A DNA stretch of 64,000 nucleotides from Candidatus Thermofontivivens primus (lineage in GTDB: Bacteria > Sysuimicrobiota > Sysuimicrobiia > Sysuimicrobiales > Thermofontiviventaceae), in the NCBI GenBank assembly GCA_031458695.1, contig JAVKJW010000003.1:64001-128000 (forward strand), given 5' to 3'. Every line of letters begins with the position of its first letter. The first letter of the stretch is position 1. Of the stretch, positions 29,061 through 37,234 are shown piece by piece. Position numbers and translations under genes: made by a program. The notes below the pieces were generated by a model that worked only from the letters and a program-made list of their open reading frames with translations, was not told the origin of the DNA and did no database searches.

Positions 29061-30203
29061 ATGGAGGATGTGTATGTAATTGGAGTAGGGATGACCAAAT
29101 TCGGCAAGCATCCCGACCGCACTGCTGTGGACCTTGGCGCAGAGGCTGTCTTAGAGGCGATCAAAGATGCGGAGATCGACCCGCGGCGTATCGAGGCAGC
29201 CTACTGCGGCCACGTGTTCGGAGGCATGGTGACAGGGCAGAAGGTTCTTGCCCAGGTCGGTCTCGCCGGTATCCCCCTCACGAACGTGGAGAATGCCTGT
29301 TCAAGCGGAGCCACGGCAATCCGGGAGGGGTATCTCGCCATTCGCGCCAGGGAGCACGACGTTGTTCTGGCGTTTGGGCTGGAGCACCTGACCACACGGT
29401 TCCGGGGCGCGCTGACTCCTGGGGAGGACGATTTGGAGGCAGCGGTCGGCCTCACCATGCCAGGGATCTATGCCATGCGAGCCAGGCGCCATATGGAGGA
29501 ATTCGGTACGACGCGCGAGGAACTCGCGCTCATCGCAGTAAAGAACAAGCGCAACGCCAGCCTGAACCCCTACGCACAGTTCCAGAACCCCGTTACCTTG
29601 GAGGAAGTCCTGAACTCCCGTCTCATCGCTGACCCGCTGCGGCTATATGATTGCTCGCCGGTGAGCGACGGCGCTGCAGCGGTGATCCTTGCCAGCGGCT
29701 GGGCCGTCGCCAAGCTCTCCTCGCGTCGCGCCGTGAGGATCGCGGCGGCTGCGCTGCGCACAGGAACTGTGGAGGTGGGACTTCCATCCATGGCCTTCGA
29801 GGAACTGACTCATCGCACCGCCCAGGATGCCTATGAACGGGCAGGGATTGGCCCTGAAGATGTGGACTTCGCCGAGGTCCACGACTGCTTCTCCATCGCC
29901 GAGGTCTTACGGGTGGAGGGCCTGGGCCTCTATCCTGTGGGGGAGTACCCCAAGCGGGTGGCCCGCGGGGAGGCGGATATCAACGGGCGCCTGCCCATCA
30001 ATCCAAGTGGTGGCCTCTTGGGGAAAGGGCACCCGTTAGGCGCGACGGGTGTTGCGCAGGTGGTGGAGCTTGTGCGGCAGCTCCGGGGAGAGGCAGGGGA
30101 TCGCCAGATCGCAAGGGCGAAAGTGGGCTTGGCCCACTGCCGCGGAGGGAAGGCGGCCGGCATCGAAGGGGCAGCCTGCACGGTGATCATTGCCACGAGG
30201 TGA
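29061..30203 (+). CDS. SCP2-type thiolase, BbsB-like
   Basis: GMVTGQ, ENACSSG, YAMRA, EVHDCF, GHPLGATG, C-terminal GGKAAGIEGAACT. Confidence 0.88.
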   Translation: MEDVYVIGVGMTKFGKHPDRTAVDLGAEAVLEAIKDAEIDPRRIEAAYCGHVFGGMVTGQKVLAQVGLAGIPLTNVENACSSGATAIREGYLAIRAREHDVVLAFGLEHLTTRFRGALTPGEDDLEAAVGLTMPGIYAMRARRHMEEFGTTREELALIAVKNKRNASLNPYAQFQNPVTLEEVLNSRLIADPLRLYDCSPVSDGAAAVILASGWAVAKLSSRRAVRIAAAALRTGTVEVGLPSMAFEELTHRTAQDAYERAGIGPEDVDFAEVHDCFSIAEVLRVEGLGLYPVGEYPKRVARGEADINGRLPINPSGGLLGKGHPLGATGVAQVVELVRQLRGEAGDRQIARAKVGLAHCRGGKAAGIEGAACTVIIATR

Positions 30204-30316
30204 GGGGTTTTTGGCCTCGGTAAAACCTTTTTAACTTCAGGCGAGAGCCCTTTTGCAATCGTGGGGTTATTTCCCTTGTCTCGAGAGGAACCACGGTACC
30301 CTGAAGGAGGGAGAAG

Positions 30317-31450
30317 ATGGGTCGTCAGATCCCTATCCGGTGTGTGATTATGCGGGGAGGGACGAGCAAAGGCCTCTTCCTGCGGGCCAACGATCTCCCC
30401 TCGGACCCGGTAAAGCGCGACCGGGTGATCCTGGCCCTGTTCGGGAGCCCAGATCCGCGTCAGATCGATGGCCTCGGGGGTGCAGACATCCTCACAAGCA
30501 AGGTGATCATTGTCGGTCCCCCCTCCCGTCCAGATGCGGACCTCGACTATACGTTTGGGCAAGTGAGCATCACAGAGCCCTTCATCGACTATGACATCAA
30601 TTGCGGGAACCTCTCCGCTGCCGTGGGTGTCTATGCCCTGGAGGAAGGGTGGGTCCGCGCCGTCGAGCCAGTCACCCGCGTGCGCATGCACAACACCAAC
30701 ACACGGAGTGTTCTCGTGGCTGAGGTGCCAGTGGCAGATGGTGTTCCTCAGGTGGAGGGGGAATTTGCCATTGATGGCGTTCCCGGAACGGGTGCGGAGA
30801 TCGTCCTAGACTATACCGGGAGTGTGGGTGCTTCCACCGGGAGGCTCCTTCCTATGGGCCGTCCCACGGAGAGGATCCATGTACCGATCCTCGATCGCAT
30901 GGTCCCGGTCAGCGTCGTGGATATCGCTAACCTCTGTGTCTTCTTCCCCGCAGAGGCCGTGGGGTTAAAAGGGACGGAAGGACCCCACGACCTCACCTCG
31001 GACCATGCGGCAGCGATCGTGGCCATCAAAACAGAGGTGGCACGCTTGCTGGACCTCCCCAGAGGTGGGTTGATCCCAATTCCCATCGCCGTCGCCCCTC
31101 CCCGTTCCTACCGGGCATTCACTGGAAAAGAGGTAGATGCAGGAGAGATCCACCTTCTTGCTCGTCTCATCGGGGGCAGGCCTCCCGTGATGCACAAAAC
31201 CTTTGCCGCTACAGCTGCTGTGTGCACCGCCGTCGCTGCCGCGATTCCTGGGTCTGTTCCCTTTGAGGTCTGCCGTTCACGTTCCGGTGAGGAGTTCGTC
31301 ATCGGCCATCCTAGCGGGACCTTCCCCCTTCGGGTCCGGGTTGTTGAGCGCGACGAAGAGTGGATGGTAGAGCGTGCGGCCTACTCTCGAACCGCCCGCA
31401 GGCTCATGGAGGGGTATGCCTTCATACGTCCGAGCGTCTTGGAGGAATAA
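30317..31450 (+). CDS. PrpF/Mii-family allylic isomerase (methylitaconate/aconitate isomerase family)
   Basis: MRGGTSKG, QIDGLGGA...TSK, NCGN, IDGVPGTGA, MHK, GHPSG, RTARRLMEG. Confidence 0.92.
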   Translation: MGRQIPIRCVIMRGGTSKGLFLRANDLPSDPVKRDRVILALFGSPDPRQIDGLGGADILTSKVIIVGPPSRPDADLDYTFGQVSITEPFIDYDINCGNLSAAVGVYALEEGWVRAVEPVTRVRMHNTNTRSVLVAEVPVADGVPQVEGEFAIDGVPGTGAEIVLDYTGSVGASTGRLLPMGRPTERIHVPILDRMVPVSVVDIANLCVFFPAEAVGLKGTEGPHDLTSDHAAAIVAIKTEVARLLDLPRGGLIPIPIAVAPPRSYRAFTGKEVDAGEIHLLARLIGGRPPVMHKTFAATAAVCTAVAAAIPGSVPFEVCRSRSGEEFVIGHPSGTFPLRVRVVERDEEWMVERAAYSRTARRLMEGYAFIRPSVLEE

Positions 31451-31459
31451 AATGCCGAG

Positions 31460-32281
31460 ATGATCGGTACGGGGGAGCGACTTACTTCGGATCGGCTCGC
31501 GATTGCGCTCCATCAAGTTTCCCACCGCTTCCAGGGTCTCGGAAGAACCGTGATCGCTCTGGAGGATGTAACCCTGGAGATCGCCCGGGAGAGATTTGTT
31601 TCCATTGTCGGCCCAAGCGGTTGCGGAAAGTCCACATTGCTGGCCATCATCGCCGGTCTCCTGCTTCCTACAAGTGGGCAGGTCTTCATCAACGGTTCTC
31701 CCGTTACGGACGTCTGCCAAGATCTTGGTTTCATCTTCCAGAAGGATGCCTTGATGCCATGGAAGACGGTGTATGAGAACATCGCCCTTCCGCTCCTGTT
31801 CCGTCGTTTCCCTCGTGAAGAGATCCATGACCGCGTGATGAGCTGGATCAAGCGCGTTGGCCTAACTGGCTTTGAGGACCACTATCCCTACCAGCTCTCG
31901 GGGGGGATGCGGAAGCGTGTGGCCCTGGCCCAGACCCTGGTCTACGAACCCTCCATTATCTTGATGGATGAGCCCTTCACGGCCCTGGATGTCCACACCA
32001 GGGACAGAATGGAGAACGAGCTGTTGCATCTTTGGTCAGGGCTGAAGTCGACCATTGTCTTCGTGACACACGATCTCGAGGAGGCCATTGCGCTCTCTGA
32101 CGAGGTTGTGGTTTTTACTGCCCGGCCTGGGCGGGTCAAAGCGCGGCACTCCATCGATCTCCCCCGTCCAAGGAATGTCGCTGAGATCCGTGCCAGCCCT
32201 GAGTTCCTCAAGGTCTACCGGATGGTCTGGGAAGATTTGAGGGATGAGGTGGTGGCCAGTTATGGGCAACAGGGTGATTGA
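31460..32281 (+). CDS. NitT/TauT-family ABC ATPase
   Basis: GPSGCGKST, YPYQLSGGMRKR, MDEPF, VTHDLEEAI. Confidence 0.92.
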   Translation: MIGTGERLTSDRLAIALHQVSHRFQGLGRTVIALEDVTLEIARERFVSIVGPSGCGKSTLLAIIAGLLLPTSGQVFINGSPVTDVCQDLGFIFQKDALMPWKTVYENIALPLLFRRFPREEIHDRVMSWIKRVGLTGFEDHYPYQLSGGMRKRVALAQTLVYEPSIILMDEPFTALDVHTRDRMENELLHLWSGLKSTIVFVTHDLEEAIALSDEVVVFTARPGRVKARHSIDLPRPRNVAEIRASPEFLKVYRMVWEDLRDEVVASYGQQGD

Positions 32282-33053
32282 CCACAGGGTCGCTGCTGTG
32301 CTCCAGGCAGGGATTGTGGTTGCATTCTTGATTCTCTGGGAGCTCGGCGGGAGGAGCGGATTCCTCGACCCCTTCTTCTATAGTATGCCCTCCCGGATCA
32401 TCGCCACGATCGCCTACTGGGCGCGCCAGGGGGTTTTGGCCGTCGATCTTCTCACCACGGTGTACGAGATGCTGCTGGGATTTGCTTTGGGGACAGGCGG
32501 CGGGATTGTTTTGGGGTACTTCCTCGCAACTGTTCCCATTCTGGACGCGGTGTTCACTCCCTTTATGGTCCTGTTCAACGCCACGCCCCGTCTTGTGCTC
32601 GTTCCTCTGTTCATCCTCTGGTTTGGGATCGGCTTGGCCTCGAAGGTGGTGCTGAGTGCAGTGATCGTGATCTTCCCTGTGCTCTTCGCCACCTACTCCG
32701 GGATCAAGGAGGTGGACCCGGATCTCATCGCCAAGGCCCGTGTCCTTGGCGCACGACCAGTGGACATTACATGGCACGTTCTCATCCCTTCAGCGCTGAG
32801 CTGGGTGTTCAGCGGGCTCCGGGTGAGCGTAGGATTTGCCCTGATCGGTGCCGTAGTAGGGGAGTATCTGGGCGCGAACCGGGGCCTGGGTTACCGTATC
32901 GCCTTCAGCCAGGCGATGTTTGATGCGACGGGTGTTTTCGCTGGCCTGATCGTATTGCTGGCCGTGGTGTGGGTCATTGACAGCCTAGTCAAAAATTTGG
33001 AGCAACGCCTTTCGGTTTGGAAGCCTGCATCCTCCCGTGTGCAGGGGTCGTGA
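32262..33053 (+). CDS. NitT/TauT-family ABC permease
   Basis: PRLVLVPLFILWFGIG, EAA-like loop ARVLGA, GAVVGEYLG; start uncertain by a few codons. Confidence 0.9.
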   Translation: MGNRVIDHRVAAVLQAGIVVAFLILWELGGRSGFLDPFFYSMPSRIIATIAYWARQGVLAVDLLTTVYEMLLGFALGTGGGIVLGYFLATVPILDAVFTPFMVLFNATPRLVLVPLFILWFGIGLASKVVLSAVIVIFPVLFATYSGIKEVDPDLIAKARVLGARPVDITWHVLIPSALSWVFSGLRVSVGFALIGAVVGEYLGANRGLGYRIAFSQAMFDATGVFAGLIVLLAVVWVIDSLVKNLEQRLSVWKPASSRVQGS

Positions 33054-33079
33054 CATCGGAGTAAGGGCAGGAAGCTGCA

Positions 33080-34279
33080 ATGGGAACGCCAGTCATCATC
33101 GACGCAGTGCGGACGCCCATTGGGCGATACAACGGCATCCTGCGTGACGTGCGGCCCGATGACCTCGCTGCGCACGTGATCCGGGCGCTCCTGGAACGGA
33201 CGAAGCTAGATCCGTCCCTCATCGAAGACGTGATCTTCGGTGCAGCAAACCAGGCTGGGGAGGACAACCGTAACGTCGCCCGCATGGCGTTGTTGCTCGC
33301 CGGCCTTCCCGTGACCGTGGCCGGACAGACGGTCAACCGTCTCTGTGGCTCTGGGATGCAGGCGGTGATCTCTGCAGCGCATGCCATCAAAGTAGGAGAG
33401 GGCGATGTGTTCATCGCCGGGGGCGTTGAGTCCATGACCAGAGCTCCTTTTGTCATGGCGAAGCCCTCGACGGCATTCCCCCGCGGCGAGCTCACGCTCT
33501 ATGACACCACGATCGGTTGGCGTTTGATCAATCCCAAGCTCGCTGAGATGTACCCGCCGTACAGTATGGGCGAGACAGCGGAGATCGTTGCAGAGCACTT
33601 CGGCGTGACGCGCGAAGAGCAAGACCGGTTTGCCCTCCTCAGCCATCAGAAGGCTACTCGGGCGATTGCGGAAGGCCGCTTCCGAGACGAGATTGTCCCG
33701 GTGGTGATCCCGCGTCCCGGCGGGGAAGTTCACGTGGTGGAAGTAGATGAGCATCCCCGGCCGGACACGACCCTGGAGAAGCTGGCTACGTTACCACCAA
33801 TCTTTAAGAAAGGTGGGACGGTAACCGCCGGGAACTCCTCTGGGATCAACGACGGGGCAGCTGCGCTGCTTCTTACCTCCCTAGAGAAAGCAGAGGAGCT
33901 GGGACTCCAGCCCATGGCAAGGATCGTGGCCTCCGCAGTGGCTGGGGTAGATCCGGCATATATGGGACTTGGCCCTATTCCAGCGACGCAAAAGGTCTTG
34001 AAACGTGCTGGGCTCACCATCGAGGATATGGATGTTGTGGAGTTAAACGAAGCCTTCGCCGCGCAAGTCATTCCGTGCATCCGGGAGCTTGGCATCCCTC
34101 TAGAAAAGCTTAACCCCAACGGGGGCGCGATTGCCCTTGGCCATCCCCTCGGGTGCACAGGCGCCAGGATCCTCACCACTCTGGTCCATGAGCTGCGCCG
34201 CCGGAGGGGGAGGTATGGGCTGGCGACCATGTGCATTGGCGTAGGGCAAGGAATTGCCGTTGTCGTGGAAGCACTGTAA
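33080..34279 (+). CDS. Acetyl-CoA C-acyltransferase, 3-oxoadipyl-CoA thiolase (PaaJ/PcaF) type
   Basis: [43 protein letters not shown]. Confidence 0.88.
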   Translation: MGTPVIIDAVRTPIGRYNGILRDVRPDDLAAHVIRALLERTKLDPSLIEDVIFGAANQAGEDNRNVARMALLLAGLPVTVAGQTVNRLCGSGMQAVISAAHAIKVGEGDVFIAGGVESMTRAPFVMAKPSTAFPRGELTLYDTTIGWRLINPKLAEMYPPYSMGETAEIVAEHFGVTREEQDRFALLSHQKATRAIAEGRFRDEIVPVVIPRPGGEVHVVEVDEHPRPDTTLEKLATLPPIFKKGGTVTAGNSSGINDGAAALLLTSLEKAEELGLQPMARIVASAVAGVDPAYMGLGPIPATQKVLKRAGLTIEDMDVVELNEAFAAQVIPCIRELGIPLEKLNPNGGAIALGHPLGCTGARILTTLVHELRRRRGRYGLATMCIGVGQGIAVVVEAL

Positions 34280-34404
34280 GAGCAGATGGAGGGGCGCTCC
34301 CGAACCCGCAGAGGTCCCTTTCCGGAGAGGAAGGTTTTGCTCTCCCAGAGAACAGGATGGGTGAGTCGGTGCTAGGAGGGGAGAAGGATGAAGGAAGGAA
34401 AAGA

Positions 34405-35151
34405 ATGTGTATTGTCCTGGCCCTTGTAACGACGCTCGCTTTGGTCGTCGTGGCATTTCAGGAAGCAGAGAGCGAGGGGGTGAGGAAGGTGACACTCCGG
34501 TATTTCGGCCACGCGACATTTTTGATCACTGCGCCCGATGGGACGACGATCCTGACCGACCCATTTGATCGATCGGTGGGCTACCCGATGCCGGACGTGC
34601 GTCCATCTGTGGTGACGGTTTCCCACGAGCACTTTGACCACAACTTTGTCCAAATGGCCAAGGGCAACCCGAAGGTCATCCGTGGCCTTAAGGACGGGGG
34701 CAAAGAGTGGGCCCAGGTCAAAGAGCAAGTTGGGAAGGTGACGATCACGACTGTTCCCACCTACCACGACGGGTCGAAGGGGAGCCATCGGGGGAAGAAC
34801 GCGATTTTCGTCTTCGAGATGGATGGCTTACGTCTCGCTCATCTTGGGGACCTCGGTCACGTCCTTACCGAAGACCAAGTGAAGGCCGTCGGTAGCGTGA
34901 ACGTGGTGATGATTCCTGTGGGTGGCTTCTTTACCATCGATGCGAAGGAGGCAGACCAGGTCCTGGCTCAGCTCAAGCCGCAGATCGCCATCCCCATGCA
35001 CTTTCGGACCGAAGCCACTGCCAGCTGGTCCATCGCACCGGTGGACGAGTTCCTGAAGGGCAAGGCGAACGTAAAACGCGTGGGTCACCAAGTTGATCTC
35101 CCGGCCGAGCTCCCCAAGTCCATAGAGATCTGGGTGATGAGCTACAAGTAG
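34405..35151 (+). CDS. Metallo-beta-lactamase-fold hydrolase with N-terminal signal/anchor
   Basis: GHATF, TDPF, SHEHFDH, HLGDLGH, IPVGG, IPMHF; alternative start 34357. Confidence 0.85.
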   Translation: MCIVLALVTTLALVVVAFQEAESEGVRKVTLRYFGHATFLITAPDGTTILTDPFDRSVGYPMPDVRPSVVTVSHEHFDHNFVQMAKGNPKVIRGLKDGGKEWAQVKEQVGKVTITTVPTYHDGSKGSHRGKNAIFVFEMDGLRLAHLGDLGHVLTEDQVKAVGSVNVVMIPVGGFFTIDAKEADQVLAQLKPQIAIPMHFRTEATASWSIAPVDEFLKGKANVKRVGHQVDLPAELPKSIEIWVMSYK

Positions 35152-35214
35152 TCCAACGGTGCATGTCTCTTTCTGGACAAACGCCCTTCAACGTGGCAAG
35201 ATATACTCGGAGCT

Positions 35215-35290
35215 GGCGGCGTAGCCAAGGGGCAAAGGCGGAGGACTGCAAATCCTCTATTCCCGGGTTCAAGTCCCGGCGCCGCCTCCA
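35215..35290 (+). tRNA. tRNA-Cys (GCA)
   Basis: Acceptor stem GGCGGCG/CGCCGCC, anticodon arm GAGGA-CT-GCA-AA-TCCTC, T arm CCCGG-GTTCAAGT-CCCGG, encoded CCA. Confidence 0.97.
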
Positions 35291-35335
35291 TGGACCTGTG
35301 CATCGAGCTCGACACCATGAGGACATCTGCAAGGT

Positions 35336-35836
35336 TTAGGATGTTGCCTCTTTCTTTCGAAGCCTTCCAGGCTTTCGGGGCCACCTGCTAAGGAAACGAA
35401 ATGTTGCATTCTTTTTCCGGATCGGGTCGATAGAGAGGGTAGCGACCGGGGCAGGAAAATCTGGTCGGCGTGCACGTTCTGATACGCGCTGCTTAGAGAC
35501 CTCGAGGGTTCTCACGACCTCCGACACACCCACAAGTTCTGGGATGTTCGGCTCGTCGATTTCGCGTACGAAACCATCCCACAATTGAGCTTCGGCATCC
35601 ATAATCGAAACGGGCCCGATTTTCGCCCGCCTCAACGCCTTGAGAAAGATCCGCAGTCCGGCACAAATCGCCTTTGACGGTGCCTCCGCTTCAACAAACA
35701 GCCACGCAGATATTGCTCTCGGACCATAGCTAACAGTTCCTGCATGCACCTCGACCTCCTCGAGGATCGATTCGGCTTGATCATTAGTCAGAGGAGTAGC
35801 ACACTCGACCTTGAGCTTAACGGTCCGTTCCCTCAT
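35336..35836 (-). CDS. Putative DNA-binding/antitoxin-like protein (AlpA-like HTH in C-terminal half), possibly decaying
   Basis: ELVGVSEVVRTLEVSKQRVSERARRPDFPAPVATL resembles the LVGxxEIAxxLGVSRQRV...FPAPV HTH motif. Confidence 0.55.
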   Translation of the reverse strand: MRERTVKLKVECATPLTNDQAESILEEVEVHAGTVSYGPRAISAWLFVEAEAPSKAICAGLRIFLKALRRAKIGPVSIMDAEAQLWDGFVREIDEPNIPELVGVSEVVRTLEVSKQRVSERARRPDFPAPVATLSIDPIRKKNATFRFLSRWPRKPGRLRKKEATS

Positions 35837-36003
35837 TGTCTTTTCTCTTTCTTTGGGTAAAACTCCCCCGACGTCTTTGGGCGAAGTGAAGCGTAGAAGC
35901 TCCCTGGGGCAAGAAGCCGTGGTGAGTTACGAACGTACGTTTGCTGTTGACTGTGGAACGGGGAAGGGCAATGCTAGTACCGGCGATATCATTCCACGTA
36001 TCG

Positions 36004-36258
36004 ATGACAAAACGTGACAAGCTCATCGCCCAATTCTTTCGCGACCCCCCGGAAGTCTCTTTTGGTGATGTTGTCAGAGTCCTTGAGCTCCTTGGGTATC
36101 GACCGACAGGAGGCGGTAAGGGAAGCCACCATGTGTTTCGCAATTCCAAAGGACAAATGATTACCGTGCCGACTGTTCACGGAAGGAAAGTAAAGAGGCA
36201 ATACGTCCGAAAGATACGAATGCTTTTGGAGGAGGAGGGGTATGGACCAGAAGAGTAA
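36004..36258 (+). CDS. hicA: HicA-family toxin
   Basis: 84 aa basic protein; VSFGDVVRVLELLGY, GSHHVFR, ITVP, VKRQYVR. Confidence 0.9.
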   Translation: MTKRDKLIAQFFRDPPEVSFGDVVRVLELLGYRPTGGGKGSHHVFRNSKGQMITVPTVHGRKVKRQYVRKIRMLLEEEGYGPEE

Positions 36259-36829
36259 TCCCTACCCACTTGACTATTACCTGAAGTTAAAGTATCCAGT
36301 CACTCTCTACCCAGAGGAGGAGGGTGGCTTTACCGTCGAGATCCTGGATCTTCCAGGGTGTATCTCGCAGGGAGAAACGGTTGAAGAGGCTTTAGAGATG
36401 ATTGAAGATGCTCGCAGGAAGTGGATTGAGACCGCCTACAAGCACGGCGACGAGATCCCCCTGCCAGCGAGCGAGAGGCGGTATAGCGGGCGTGTACTGG
36501 TTCGGATGCCAAGATCGTTGCACCGTAAGCTTGCATTAGCCGCGGAACGCGAAGGAGTGAGTCTTAACCAGTACATCGTCACACTCCTTTCCGAGAAGAA
36601 CGCTCTTGCACTGCTGAAAGGAGAATTTCGTATTCAGCAAGATTTTCCCAGTTACTCTCCAGTTGCGAGTTCTCGGCGCGAATTCATGCGGAGCTTTTTG
36701 TCTTCACATTCCAAGCAGATGTTCTATCCTAAACCAGATGAGCCTGAGATCCCGTCGGTGTGGTTGTTCACACGAGAGGGTAGTGGAACCGGAGCGCTGG
36801 AGCAGGGGACGTTGCGAAGAAGGAGCTGA
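36242..36829 (+). CDS. hicB: HicB-family antitoxin with RHH domain and about 70-aa C-terminal extension
   Basis: YPVTLYPEEEGGF...LPGCISQGETVEEA...IPLP; YSGRVLVRMPRSLHRKL...EGVSLNQY; extra tail. Confidence 0.9.
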   Translation: MDQKSNPYPLDYYLKLKYPVTLYPEEEGGFTVEILDLPGCISQGETVEEALEMIEDARRKWIETAYKHGDEIPLPASERRYSGRVLVRMPRSLHRKLALAAEREGVSLNQYIVTLLSEKNALALLKGEFRIQQDFPSYSPVASSRREFMRSFLSSHSKQMFYPKPDEPEIPSVWLFTREGSGTGALEQGTLRRRS

Positions 36830-36835
36830 AGAGCC

Positions 36836-37234
36836 ATGGCTGCAAGGACTTCAACTAAGGTTAGTCGACGCAACCTTGCTGGTGTACGAACAATTCCCAT
36901 TAAGGTCAGATATCCCGAAGGTGTCCCAACATTGTACGTGCATGGTGCTTGGGGTGGCGTTGGACCGAAGGGAGAGATTATCGTCTATTTGTACCAAGAG
37001 TCCCAAGAGTTTCCTTCGGCATTTCAAGTTACCGTGGATGCTAGGGGGAAGGTTCAAAGACACGAAGCGGTCGAATACAGTGGGGCAGTGGAGAGGGAGG
37101 TTCTGGCGAAGTTACTAATGCCCCCAGAAGTTGCTAGAGCGGTAGGAGAGTGGCTCAAAAGTAAAGCAGAGGAATTTGAGAAACTCACGCGAGATCTCGC
37201 GTCCGGGGATAGAGAAGCTGGCCCCTCTACTTAG
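36836..37234 (+). CDS. Small hypothetical protein (DUF3467-like beta-sheet + helix), third gene of the hicAB operon
   Basis: 6 bp after hicB stop; LYVHGAWGGVGPKGEIIVYLY...EREVLAKLLMPPEVARAVGEWL. Confidence 0.65.
   Translation: MAARTSTKVSRRNLAGVRTIPIKVRYPEGVPTLYVHGAWGGVGPKGEIIVYLYQESQEFPSAFQVTVDARGKVQRHEAVEYSGAVEREVLAKLLMPPEVARAVGEWLKSKAEEFEKLTRDLASGDREAGPST

Noticed and set aside
10858..34279. Canonical aerobic paa pathway
   Set aside because: Only paaK and a PaaJ-like thiolase are present; no paaABCDE or paaZ in the window.
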